DNA of 43,158 nt from Allosphingosinicella sp. (GCA_036732645.1 DAINCA010000001.1:1-43158); one strand, 5' to 3'. Shown: positions 19,886 to 28,913, counted from the stretch's first letter. Numbers and translations: made by a program. Notes: generated by a model from the sequence alone, not told the origin.

Positions 19886-20925
19886 TCCGGCCTCCGGGAA
19901 GGATCGCGCACCAGTTCGAGCAATCGCTCGACATGGGCAATCGGCGTTTCCTTGATGATCCCGTGGCCGAGGTTGAAGATGTGGGGCCTCCCCTCGAACA
20001 CAGATAGGATGTGACTCACGGCGCTTTCAAGCGCCCGGCCTCCGGCCAGCAAGGCCAGGGGATCCAGGTTGCCCTGAACCGGCAAATCCGCCGGCAGCGC
20101 CTCGACCGCCCAGGCAGGGTCAATAGTTTCGTCGAGCCCGATCGCGTCTACGCCCGTCTCGACGGCGTAAGCGGCCAGCTTGGCGCCGGCGCCCTTTGGA
20201 AAGCCGATCACCGGCACCTCCGGATGTCGCGCTTTCAACCCGGCGACGATTCGGGCGTTCGGCGCGATCACCCATTGCTCGAATTGCGCTGGAGCGAGAC
20301 TCCCCGCCCAGCTGTCGAACAATTGAACGGCTTCGACACCCGCCCGAATCTGCCCGGAAAGATAGTCGACCGTCATGTCGGCGATCGCTCCGATGATCTC
20401 GGCAAAGGCCGCCGGATCTCGATAAGCAAAGACACGGGCATCGGCCTGATCGCGGCTGCCCTGACCGGCGATCATGTAAGTCGCTACCGTCCATGGACTG
20501 CCGGCGAAACCCAGAAGGGTGGTTTCCTGAGGAAGACCGGAGCGAACTTTCTCCACAGTTCGGTAAATGGGTTCCAACCGGGCCTCTGCGCGCTCGAGCG
20601 AGCCGAAGGCGGCATCGATCAGGGCCGGCGAGAGACGGGGTCCTTCCCCGGCCTCGAAGCGCAGATCCTGGCCGAGGGCATAAGGCACGATCAGGATGTC
20701 CGAGAACAAGATCGCGCCGTCGAAGCCGAAGCGCCGGATCGGCTGAAGCGTGATCTCCGCGGCCGCCTCCGGATCGTAGACGAGCTCGAGGAAGCCGCCC
20801 TTCGCCGTCCGCAGCGCCCGGTATTCGGGCAGATAGCGGCCGGCCTGGCGCATCATCCAGATCGGCGTTTTCCGCGGTTTTCCGCCATTCAGGACGGTCA
20901 GTAACGGCTTTTCGACGGCGGACAT
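19882..20925 (-). CDS. hemE: Uroporphyrinogen decarboxylase
   Basis: PIWMMRQAGRYLPEY, AILFSDIL, QLFDSWAG, FNLGHGI. Confidence 0.98.
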   Translation of the reverse strand: MSAVEKPLLTVLNGGKPRKTPIWMMRQAGRYLPEYRALRTAKGGFLELVYDPEAAAEITLQPIRRFGFDGAILFSDILIVPYALGQDLRFEAGEGPRLSPALIDAAFGSLERAEARLEPIYRTVEKVRSGLPQETTLLGFAGSPWTVATYMIAGQGSRDQADARVFAYRDPAAFAEIIGAIADMTVDYLSGQIRAGVEAVQLFDSWAGSLAPAQFEQWVIAPNARIVAGLKARHPEVPVIGFPKGAGAKLAAYAVETGVDAIGLDETIDPAWAVEALPADLPVQGNLDPLALLAGGRALESAVSHILSVFEGRPHIFNLGHGIIKETPIAHVERLLELVRDPSRRPD

Positions 20926-21307
20926 GAGAGGCAAGGGCTCCGCTCTCTTCTCTTATATATTTAGATTCTAAGAGAGTCTGTTGAGGTTAGTAGAAGGCCG
21001 GACTGCGGGGTTTATTGGCTCGCACAAATTTTGCCAACAGCTTGACGTGCGCAGGCCCGCAGGATTCCGCGGAGTCGCGGCAGTGATCCCCGCGATCCAC
21101 AGACTGGGGGCGAAAATCATGCACTGTTCGCGGAGTTGTGGATGATGTCGCGACGACTCGGGACGAATCCTGTCCTTGATGTCGTGCTCAGGGTTCCGCT
21201 AGCGATTTCCCCATATTTGTCCACAGGCTCAAAGCGCAGCCTTTGCACGCAGGCGCCAGTCTCTCCTGAACCGTTCGACCGGAGCCCCGATTGTTGAAAG
21301 TTCGCCG
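20926..21307. other. oriC: Predicted chromosomal replication origin
   Basis: Intergenic region between hemE and DUF299, the conserved alphaproteobacterial origin locus. AT-rich patch 20949-20975, TAG-TAG-AAG at 20988-20996, DnaA-box variants at 21093-21101, 21137-21145 and 21217-21225, six GANTC sites, and parS sites 6-8 kb away. Confidence 0.88.
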
Positions 21308-22129
21308 TTGAAGCAGCTCCATCTCCATTTGTTGTCCGATTCCACCGGCGAGACGCTGGACATGGTGGCGAAGGCCTGTCTCGCCCAGTTCGATACCGTG
21401 GAGGCGCTTCGGCATTTGTGGCCGATGGTGAGATCCGAGGGTCATCTCGACCGTGTGCTCGACGATGTCGAGCGCCGCCCTGGCCTGGTCCTATACACGG
21501 TCGTGAATCCCTTGATTCGCCGGGAACTCGAGCAGAAGTGCCGCCGCCGCGGTATCCATGCGGTTTCGGTGCTCGATCCGGTTATCGATGCGCTGGCGGC
21601 GATCAGCGGCGAACAGGCCAAGGGAAGGGCAGGACGTCAGCACGCACTCGATGCCGCCTATTTCGCCCGCGTCGACGCCATCCAGTTCACCATCGCCCAT
21701 GACGACGGGATAATGCCGGAGAATTGGGAGGAGGCGGATATCGTCCTCGCCGGCGTCTCACGCACCTCGAAGACTCCGACCAGCATCTACCTCGCCAATC
21801 GCGGCTACAAGGTCGCCAATATCCCTCTGGTCCCGGAATCTCCTCCGCCGTCAAACCTCTTCCATCTCAAACATCCCTTAATTGTCGGTCTCACGACTAA
21901 TCCCGACCGCCTGATCCAGATCCGCCGCAACCGTCTGCTCTCGCTGAACCAGGCGCCGGAAACGGATTATGTCGACGCCGAGGCAGTCAATGCCGAGCTC
22001 GCCTTTGCGCGCCGCTTGTTCGCCGACCATGGTTGGCCGGTCATCGATGTGACTCGAAGATCGATCGAGGAAACCGCCTTGGCGATCGTCAAGCTCTGCG
22101 CCGAGCGGATAGAGCAGGCGCCGGCGTGA
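21308..22129 (+). CDS. Pyruvate dikinase regulatory protein (DUF299 kinase/pyrophosphorylase)
   Basis: HLLSDSTGET, HDDG, GVSRTSKTPTSIYLA, IDVTRRSIEETA. Confidence 0.95.
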   Translation: MKQLHLHLLSDSTGETLDMVAKACLAQFDTVEALRHLWPMVRSEGHLDRVLDDVERRPGLVLYTVVNPLIRRELEQKCRRRGIHAVSVLDPVIDALAAISGEQAKGRAGRQHALDAAYFARVDAIQFTIAHDDGIMPENWEEADIVLAGVSRTSKTPTSIYLANRGYKVANIPLVPESPPPSNLFHLKHPLIVGLTTNPDRLIQIRRNRLLSLNQAPETDYVDAEAVNAELAFARRLFADHGWPVIDVTRRSIEETALAIVKLCAERIEQAPA

Positions 22130-22743
22130 CCACTACGACCTCCCCGCGGTCGCCTTTGTTGCTGGCGTCCAGGAGCGCCACGCGGCGGCACCTGCTGGAA
22201 GCCGCCGGGGTGGAGTTCGAGACCGTCACTTGCGAACTTGACGAGGAGCAAGCGAAGCAAGGGCTCCTCGCAGCGGGCTTCGAGCCGCGCGACCTTGCGG
22301 AAATGCTGGCCGAGTTGAAGGCGAACAATGCACCGGCCCCATCGTCTGCGTTGGTCCTTGGTGCCGACCAGACCCTGGAATTGCCGGACGGCGGCCTTCT
22401 CAACAAGCCTGGCTCGCAAGGCGAGGCGCGCGAGCAGCTTCTGATGCTCGCCGGAAGAACTCACTGGCTCCATTCTGCCGCCGTCATCGTCCGCGGCGGC
22501 GAGCGCCTGTGGGGATGCACCGAAAGCGTTGAGCTTCGCATGCGTCCTCTCGGCGAGGCGTTTCTCGACGATTATCTCGAGCGGGAATATGCCCATGTCC
22601 GCTGGAATGTCGGCGCTTATCGAATCGAGGGACCCGGCGTTCAGTTGTTCGAGCGCATCGACGGCAGTCACTTCGCCATTCTGGGCCTGCCATTATTGCC
22701 TTTGCTCGCTTTCCTTCGCGAGCAAGGCCTGCTGCACAGCTGA
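22126..22743 (+). CDS. maf: Maf-family nucleoside triphosphate pyrophosphatase
   Basis: LLLASRSATR, LGADQ, VGAYRIEG, ILGLPLLPL; GTGA overlap with the previous gene. Confidence 0.93.
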   Translation: MTTTTSPRSPLLLASRSATRRHLLEAAGVEFETVTCELDEEQAKQGLLAAGFEPRDLAEMLAELKANNAPAPSSALVLGADQTLELPDGGLLNKPGSQGEAREQLLMLAGRTHWLHSAAVIVRGGERLWGCTESVELRMRPLGEAFLDDYLEREYAHVRWNVGAYRIEGPGVQLFERIDGSHFAILGLPLLPLLAFLREQGLLHS

Positions 22744-23546
22744 TGACGCCTTATGCGGAAGTGATCGGCGATCCGATTGGTCATTCCAAATCACCCTTGC
22801 TTCACCGGTTCTGGCTCGATTGTCTTGGCGTTCCTGGCCGATACGACGCGGTCAGAGTGAGCATCGACGGATTGCAGGATTTCCTGCACGGCCGCCGAAG
22901 CGATCCGCAATGGCGTGGATGCAACCTGACGATGCCGCTCAAGCAGGCGGCCATGGCTCTTGTGGACGATTTCGACGAGACAACAAGGCGGATCGGGGCG
23001 CTCAACCTGATCTTCAATGATGGTGGTCGACTGGTCGGCGCGAATACCGACTGGCAGGCCATTCGCGCCTTGCTGGACCGGGCCGGAGTTCGCCCAGAAA
23101 GAGCGACAATCATCGGCACGGGCGGGGCGGCCCGAGCGGCACTCGAGGAAATGCGGCGGATGGGGATTGACCAGGTCGATCTGGTCAGCCGCTCGCCCGA
23201 CCGGGCCTTTGCCTTGCTCGCGGAGTTCGGTCTGGCCGGCGAAGCGATCACGCTCGGCGGTCGGCCGGAAGGCGATATGCTGATCAATGCAAGTCCGCTC
23301 GGAATGGCTGGGCAGCCGAAGCTCGACCTCGATCTTTCGGGCATGGCGGCCGATGCCACCGTGTTCGACATGGTCTATACGCCCGCCGAAACCGATCTCC
23401 TTCGGGAAGCGCGCAGCCGCGGACTGAGGACGATAGAGGGACTGGACATGCTTATCGGCCAGGCCGCCTTCGCTTTTGGTCACTTCTTCGGAAAGGTAGC
23501 CGATCCGGTGAAATCCTCCTTGCTGCGGGATCAACTGACGTCATGA
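22743..23546 (+). CDS. aroE: Shikimate dehydrogenase
   Basis: GDPIGHSKSP, NLTMPLK, NTD, GTGGAARA, NASPLGM, DMVY. Confidence 0.95.
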   Translation: MTPYAEVIGDPIGHSKSPLLHRFWLDCLGVPGRYDAVRVSIDGLQDFLHGRRSDPQWRGCNLTMPLKQAAMALVDDFDETTRRIGALNLIFNDGGRLVGANTDWQAIRALLDRAGVRPERATIIGTGGAARAALEEMRRMGIDQVDLVSRSPDRAFALLAEFGLAGEAITLGGRPEGDMLINASPLGMAGQPKLDLDLSGMAADATVFDMVYTPAETDLLREARSRGLRTIEGLDMLIGQAAFAFGHFFGKVADPVKSSLLRDQLTS

Positions 23547-24139
23547 CGCTTCGTCTCGGTCTCACCGGTTCGATCGGCATGGGCAAGACCACGGTTGCCC
23601 GGATGTTTGCCGACGAGAATGTACCGGTGTTCGACGCCGATGACGTGGTGCATCGGCTGCAGGGGCCGGAAGGGGCGCTCGTGGCCGACATCGAGGCGGC
23701 CTTCCCGGGCACGACCAACATTAATGGCGTCGATCGGGTTACTCTGGCGGAGCGCGTGCTCGGCGAGCCTGACAAATTGCGCCAGCTCGAAATGCTGATC
23801 CATCCTGCGGTTGCCCGCGAGCGCGATTCGTTTCTGGCGGCTCATTCCGAAGCGCCGATCGTGGTTCTGGATATTCCCTTGTTGTTCGAGAAAGGCGGCT
23901 GGAACCTGGTCGACAAGGTCGCCGTGGTCTCGGCACCGGCCGACGTACAGCGGTCGCGGGTGCTTGCCCGGCCTGGCATGACCGCGGAGAAGCTCGACCG
24001 GATCCTCGCTCTTCAGCTGCCGGATTCCGAGAAGCGCGCCCGGGCCGATTTCGTGATCGCCACCGGTGGTTCCATGGACGAAACAAGGGCTTCCGTTCGC
24101 CGCATCCTTGCTTGCCTCTCGGCCGCCAAGGATTCATAA
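23543..24139 (+). CDS. coaE: Dephospho-CoA kinase
   Basis: GLTGSIGMGKTT, FDAD, IHPAV, DIPLLFE. Confidence 0.96.
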   Translation: MTLRLGLTGSIGMGKTTVARMFADENVPVFDADDVVHRLQGPEGALVADIEAAFPGTTNINGVDRVTLAERVLGEPDKLRQLEMLIHPAVARERDSFLAAHSEAPIVVLDIPLLFEKGGWNLVDKVAVVSAPADVQRSRVLARPGMTAEKLDRILALQLPDSEKRARADFVIATGGSMDETRASVRRILACLSAAKDS

Positions 24140-24146
24140 ATCGGAC

Positions 24147-24854
24147 GTGCGCGAAATCGTCTTCGATACCGAAACCACCGGCCTGAGCCCGCAAGGCGGA
24201 GACAGGCTCGTCGAAATCGGCTGCGTCGAGATGTTCAACCGGGTCGAGACCGGCCGCACGTTTCACGCTTATTTCAATCCCGGGCGACCGATGCCGAGCG
24301 AGGCGGAGGCGGTTCACGGATTGTCCGACCGGTTCTTGTCGGACAAGCCGGCATTCACCGAGCGCTGCGAAGATCTCCTCGAATTCATCGGTGATTCGCC
24401 GCTCGTGGCACACAATGCGAGCTTCGATTTCGGCTTCCTCAACCACGAACTGGGATCGTGCGGGAGGCCGACCGTCTGCAACTCGCGAATGGTGGATACG
24501 CTCGTATTGGCGCGCCAGAAGTTCCCGGGCGCCAAGCACAGCCTCGATGCCCTTTGCACACGCTTCGGAGTCGATCGTTCGCTTCGAATCAAGCATGGCG
24601 CCCTGATCGACGCCCAGTTGCTCGCCCAGGTCTATGTCGAGTTGACCGGAGGACGTCAGATCGGTCTCACGCTTGTTGCCGAATTGATCGAGGTCGAGCC
24701 GGAAATGGCGACAGCCGTCTCGCGGGACGCGGTTCTTACCGCAACGATTCGCGCCCCTCGGCCGCATGGCCCGAGCGTGGAGGAGCTTGCCAGGCACATG
24801 GATTTTCTTGCCGGGATCAAGGATCCCATCTGGAACCGGCTCGCCCGCGATTGA
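24147..24854 (+). CDS. dnaQ: DNA polymerase III subunit epsilon
   Basis: REIVFDTETTG, AHNASFD, HGALIDA; GTG start at 24147. Confidence 0.97.
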   Translation: MREIVFDTETTGLSPQGGDRLVEIGCVEMFNRVETGRTFHAYFNPGRPMPSEAEAVHGLSDRFLSDKPAFTERCEDLLEFIGDSPLVAHNASFDFGFLNHELGSCGRPTVCNSRMVDTLVLARQKFPGAKHSLDALCTRFGVDRSLRIKHGALIDAQLLAQVYVELTGGRQIGLTLVAELIEVEPEMATAVSRDAVLTATIRAPRPHGPSVEELARHMDFLAGIKDPIWNRLARD

Positions 24855-24905
24855 CCTGCGAGCCCGGCGCGCCCAAATGCGCCCCGAACAATATTGGAGA
24901 AGGCG

Positions 24906-25484
24906 ATGGACATCCGGGTGTCCGGTCATCAGATCGAAACCGGCGAAGCGCTACGTTCTCACGTCGATGAGCGGCTCAACGCGATTGCTCAGAAATTTTT
25001 CTCCCGAGCCATTTCCTCACAGGTGACCTTTGGCAAGGGGCCTTACGACCACAGCTTCACCTGCGACATCGTCGCTCACGTTCCTCAAGGCGTCGTCCTG
25101 AAAGGTCATGGCTCGGCGGCCGCGGCCCATCCCGCCTTCGATCAGGCGGCGGACAGGATCGAAAAGCAGCTCCGTCGCTATAAACGCCGGTTGAAGGACC
25201 GACACGCCCAGGCATCTCATGCCGAAGCCGCGGCCGAGGCGGTGGAGGCCGGTTACACGGTGTTCGCGCCGCCCCCCGAAGAAGAGGAAGTGGTCGACAA
25301 TCCGCCCGTCATCGTCGAAACCCGAGTGGATGTCCCAACCGCGACGGTCAGTGACGCGGTGATGCTCCTCGATCTTCGCAACACCAACGCCCTGATGTTC
25401 AAGAACAGTGGCACAGGCCGTTACAACATGGTCTATCGAAGAGGCGACGGCACCATCGGCTGGGTGGAACCCCAGCGCGACTGA
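24906..25484 (+). CDS. hpf: Ribosome hibernation promoting factor, long form
   Basis: MDIRVSGHQ, IEKQLRRYKRRLK, C-terminal NMVYRRGDGTIGWVEP. Confidence 0.94.
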   Translation: MDIRVSGHQIETGEALRSHVDERLNAIAQKFFSRAISSQVTFGKGPYDHSFTCDIVAHVPQGVVLKGHGSAAAAHPAFDQAADRIEKQLRRYKRRLKDRHAQASHAEAAAEAVEAGYTVFAPPPEEEEVVDNPPVIVETRVDVPTATVSDAVMLLDLRNTNALMFKNSGTGRYNMVYRRGDGTIGWVEPQRD

Positions 25485-25522
25485 GCGCAGCCTGTAATTT
25501 CCAGTTCTTCAAGGGGAGCTTC

Positions 25523-26011
25523 ATGCTCCCACCGGTGCACCCAATGACGAATGTTTGCGATATCCTGTCGATCGACGCGGTGGAGGCCGGCCTCCATGCT
25601 GCCAACAAGAAGGCCTTGTTCCAGCAGCTGGCGGCGAGCGCGGCGCGTCTCACCGGTCTTCCTGCCAAGCAGATCGTCAGCAGCGTCAACGAACGGGAGA
25701 AACTGGGCTCGACCGGCTTCGGCGGCGGAGCGGCGATCCCGCATGGCAGGATCGAAGGACTGGACCATGTCTTCGGTCTGTTCGCGCGGCTCGACACGCC
25801 GATCGATTTCCAGGCCATCGACGGCATTCCGGTCGACCTCGTCTTCCTCCTGCTTTCGCCCCCCGACGCCGGCGCCGATCATCTCAAGGCCCTCGCGAGC
25901 GTCAGCCGCGCGTTTCGCGATCGGCAGATCGTCGCGAAGCTCCGAGGCGCCCGCTCCAAGGATGCGTTGTTCGCTCTCCTCGCCGGCGTCGAAGCGCGCG
26001 ATGCCGCCTGA
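25523..26011 (+). CDS. ptsN: PTS EIIA(Ntr)
   Basis: EREKLGSTGFGGGAAIPH phospho-His motif, PVDLVFLLL, HLKALA; alternative start at 25544. Confidence 0.94.
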   Translation: MLPPVHPMTNVCDILSIDAVEAGLHAANKKALFQQLAASAARLTGLPAKQIVSSVNEREKLGSTGFGGGAAIPHGRIEGLDHVFGLFARLDTPIDFQAIDGIPVDLVFLLLSPPDAGADHLKALASVSRAFRDRQIVAKLRGARSKDALFALLAGVEARDAA

Positions 26012-26456
26012 GGCGGGAGAGAAAGCGCATTTCCGCGGGCTCGAGGCGCTCTATCGTGCCGCCCCGGTCAACGCCTTGTTTCGCTCGGAGATCGAGATCG
26101 CCGAACCGGGGTTCGCCCGGATCCGATTCGAGGTCGAGCCCAGCATCTTCCATGCCGCCGGCGCCGCTCATGGGACGCTTTACTTCAAGATGATGGACGA
26201 TGCCGCGTTCTACGCCTGCAATTCGCTCGTCAGCGACCGTTTCCTCCTCACCACCGCCTTCAACCTCGTCTTCACTCGTCCGATCAAGAGCGGTCCGGTC
26301 GTCGCCGAGGGCCGATGGATCAGCGGCAAGAGGCGAGTCTTCGTCGGCGAGGCCCGCTTGCTACTCCCAGACGGCGAAGAGGCGGCGCGCGGAACCGGTA
26401 CCTTCATGCGGTCTCACATCGCCTTGTCCGGCCTCGAGGGCTATCGGCCGGGCTGA
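26001..26456 (+). CDS. PaaI-family (hot-dog fold) thioesterase
   Basis: FHAAGAAHGTLYFKMMDDA motif. Confidence 0.88.
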   Translation: MPPEAGEKAHFRGLEALYRAAPVNALFRSEIEIAEPGFARIRFEVEPSIFHAAGAAHGTLYFKMMDDAAFYACNSLVSDRFLLTTAFNLVFTRPIKSGPVVAEGRWISGKRRVFVGEARLLLPDGEEAARGTGTFMRSHIALSGLEGYRPG

Positions 26457-26794
26457 TGGAGGCTCGTCTGGCCAGTTCAGTGCTGGTGGGAGCGCTTCTT
26501 CGCCGCGCCGAGGCCGAGGGAGGATTCGGAGTCGTGCTTGCGAAAGGCGATACGACGTCCGGCGCGGTCGCCGTCATATTGCTGGAAAAGGGCGCAAATC
26601 CGCGCTTTCTGGAACGGTTGCTCCAGGCGGATGGCAGTTATTCGTGGCGAGAATCAGGCCAACTCATTGAAAACGAACAAGAGTTGAGATCGTTCCTCGA
26701 ACGCCGCAGAAAATTCGACCCGGATTTATGGATTTTGGAACTGGATATCGCATCAGCCGAACGGTTCGCCGCTGAAATGAACGCGTTCGGTTGA
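26456..26794 (+). CDS. DUF1491 family protein
   Basis: RL..ALLRRAEAEGGF..VLAKGD..SG and RRRKFDPDLWILE signature. Confidence 0.87.
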   Translation: MEARLASSVLVGALLRRAEAEGGFGVVLAKGDTTSGAVAVILLEKGANPRFLERLLQADGSYSWRESGQLIENEQELRSFLERRRKFDPDLWILELDIASAERFAAEMNAFG

Positions 26795-26820
26795 CGCCCG
26801 GAACGATGCCCCGCTAGCCC
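26791..26820 (+). promoter_or_regulatory. Sigma70-type promoter of the cell wall hydrolase gene
   Basis: TTGACG-N16-GCTAGC, an alphaproteobacterial-type -35/-10 pair. Confidence 0.5.
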
Positions 26821-26959
26821 CGGAACAGCACTTCAAGCGTTGAGCGGGGGCCGCCCATTGCCGATTTGGCGGGTGTCCACGCGAGTCGGGTGGCGATCAG
26901 GGCGACGAACTTTCTTTCGTGCCCGCCCCGGAAAGCCAACCGCAAAGAACAGAGTTTCA

Positions 26960-27670
26960 ATGCGTCGCAAATTCCGCGCCGTGGCCTTCGCCGCGGCCGC
27001 TTTCTCCTTTTTCGCTTTCACGTCATTCGTCGATCCGACAATGGCGTCCGAAGCACCGGCCACTCCGGGCATCTCCTACACGGCGCATGCTTCTTTCGCC
27101 GTTCCGGCGATGGACCTGGGTCTCAACCCCACCGGCCAGGTGGAGCAGGCCGCCGAGCCAAACGGCGCCGCTCCCGTCATCACTCATGCCTTTGCGCCCG
27201 CGCTTCCGAGCGAGGAAGAAGCGCCTGCGGCGGTCGAACCCGACGACGAGCGCGACGGCCGCACGCTGGCCCAATTGGTCGCCGATTATGCGGGCAGCGA
27301 GACCACCAACGAAGAGACCGAGTGTCTTGCCCGCGCCGTTTATTATGAATCCAAGGGCGAACCGCTGACCGGCCAGCTCACCGTCGCCGAGGTCATCATC
27401 AACCGGGCCGAATCCGGCCGGTTCGCTTCGACCTTGTGCGGAGTCGTTCGCCAGCGCGGCCAGTTCTCGTTCGTCCGCGGCGGGGTGATCCCGGTTCCGC
27501 CGCGCGCGTCGCGCGATTGGCGTACGGCCGTGGCCATCGCCCGGATCGCCACTCGTGACCTCGCCGACGGCGCGGCGCCGCGGGCCCTGTTCTTCCATGC
27601 GCGTCGGGTCAACCCCGGCTGGCGCCTCACCCGGGTCGCCACCGTCGGCAACCACGTTTTCTATCGATAA
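26960..27670 (+). CDS. SleB/Hydrolase_2 family cell wall hydrolase (lytic transglycosylase)
   Basis: Signal sequence; CLARAVYYESKGE catalytic Glu, VAEVIINR, GQFSF, GNHVFY. Confidence 0.92.
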   Translation: MRRKFRAVAFAAAAFSFFAFTSFVDPTMASEAPATPGISYTAHASFAVPAMDLGLNPTGQVEQAAEPNGAAPVITHAFAPALPSEEEAPAAVEPDDERDGRTLAQLVADYAGSETTNEETECLARAVYYESKGEPLTGQLTVAEVIINRAESGRFASTLCGVVRQRGQFSFVRGGVIPVPPRASRDWRTAVAIARIATRDLADGAAPRALFFHARRVNPGWRLTRVATVGNHVFYR

Positions 27671-27697
27671 TCGCTTTCGGGCATCGCGCCCGATATC

Positions 27698-27779
27698 GGC
27701 CCGTTCCTCGCTGCCCGGGGAACGGGCCCTCTTATTGCTGCAGCAGCACTAGGCGGGACCGATACCGAGTCCCGCTTTT
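27698..27779 (+). terminator. Two terminator-like hairpins after the cell wall hydrolase gene
   Basis: 13-bp stem 27698-27710/27716-27728 followed by CTCTTATT; GCGGGAC/GTCCCGC stem 27753-27775 followed by TTTT. Confidence 0.6.
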
Positions 27780-27783
27780 CCGC

Positions 27784-27798
27784 GTTCACGTTTCATTC
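27784..27798 (+). promoter_or_regulatory. LexA (SOS) box
   Basis: GTTC-N7-ATTC, one mismatch to the alphaproteobacterial GTTC-N7-GTTC, directly upstream of the mmcB -10 element. Confidence 0.7.
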
Positions 27799-27810
27799 TA
27801 GGCTAGGGTC

Positions 27811-28308
27811 ATGGCCACCCAGCCCGATTCGCTTTCGCTCGATTGCTTCTCCGACGCCCCGATGGTGGCGCGCGACGTCGCCCGCGGAATCGCCCGCTTG
27901 TTCTTCAGACGGGACCTTTTCGCCTTGTGCGAAGTGCCGCTGCCCAATGGTCGGCGCGCCGACATGCTCGCGATCGATGCCAAGGGTCAGCTCATTATAG
28001 TCGAGATCAAGGTCTCTCGCGCCGACCTGCTCGGCGATCGCAAGTGGTGCGACTATCTGGATTATTGCGATCGCTTCTTCTGGGCGGTCCCGACGGGCTT
28101 CTCGCTCGACCCGTTCGAGGGCGACGCTCTGGGCCCCGATTGCGCCGGCCTGATCGTTGCCGACCGCTACGACGCGGACGTGGTCCGCGAAGCGCCTTAC
28201 CGGCCGCTCGCCGCAGCCCGCCGAAAGGCCGAAACCCTGCGCTTCGCCCGAAGAGCGGCGCTGAGGCTCGCAGGTACTCTGGATCCCGGCCTGGCCGGAC
28301 TTGATTAA
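27811..28308 (+). CDS. mmcB: MmcB-family DNA repair endonuclease
   Basis: EVPLPNGRRAD, IVEIKVSRAD..GDRKW..YLDYCDRFFWAV (PD-(D/E)XK fold). Confidence 0.92.
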   Translation: MATQPDSLSLDCFSDAPMVARDVARGIARLFFRRDLFALCEVPLPNGRRADMLAIDAKGQLIIVEIKVSRADLLGDRKWCDYLDYCDRFFWAVPTGFSLDPFEGDALGPDCAGLIVADRYDADVVREAPYRPLAAARRKAETLRFARRAALRLAGTLDPGLAGLD

Positions 28309-28913
28309 CTGGTTGCCGGCGGGGTTGCGGGTGTTGCCGTGGCTGGCCTTGGCGCCTCGAGCTCGCGTAGGATCTGAGCCGAACGGGGATCCCGCCGGGC
28401 ATAATCGATCGCTGAATAACCCTGGAGTGAATCGCTGCGGTTCGGATCAGCGCGGTGGCTGAGCAGCAACCGGACCATCGGCAAATGCCGGCCCTGCACC
28501 GCGAGGATCAAGGGCGTTTCACCACGATTGTTGGCGAGATTGGGATTGGCGCGTCGAGCGAGCAACTGCTCCGCGCCGGGAATCCAGCCGATTTGGGCCG
28601 CCAGCAAGAGCGGCGTCGTACCCTCGTTGTTCTGAAGGTCGGGGCGAGCGTCGTGAGCCAGCAAATATCTGAGCCAAGTCAGGTCGCGGCCCCTGACGAG
28701 GATGTGCAAAGCGCCGTCGCCGGTGCTCGACTCCCGGTGATCGATGACATTGGACGAGGGGTTGGTCACCGCCGCCGTCACCTTCGTTCCGTCGCGCTCC
28801 CGGACCGCCTTCAGGAAGGCGTAGCCGTCGGAAAAACCCATTTGCGCGATGGCCGGAACTGCCACCGCGGCGACCAGGGCAGCGACGAGCAACCTGACCT
28901 TGAATCGCACCAT
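28305..28913 (-). CDS. Exported ankyrin-repeat protein
   Basis: Signal peptide (cleavage after AIA); repeats GDGALH, GTTPLLLAA, GETPLILAV, GYSAIDYA. Confidence 0.9.
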   Translation of the reverse strand: MVRFKVRLLVAALVAAVAVPAIAQMGFSDGYAFLKAVRERDGTKVTAAVTNPSSNVIDHRESSTGDGALHILVRGRDLTWLRYLLAHDARPDLQNNEGTTPLLLAAQIGWIPGAEQLLARRANPNLANNRGETPLILAVQGRHLPMVRLLLSHRADPNRSDSLQGYSAIDYARRDPRSAQILRELEAPRPATATPATPPATS

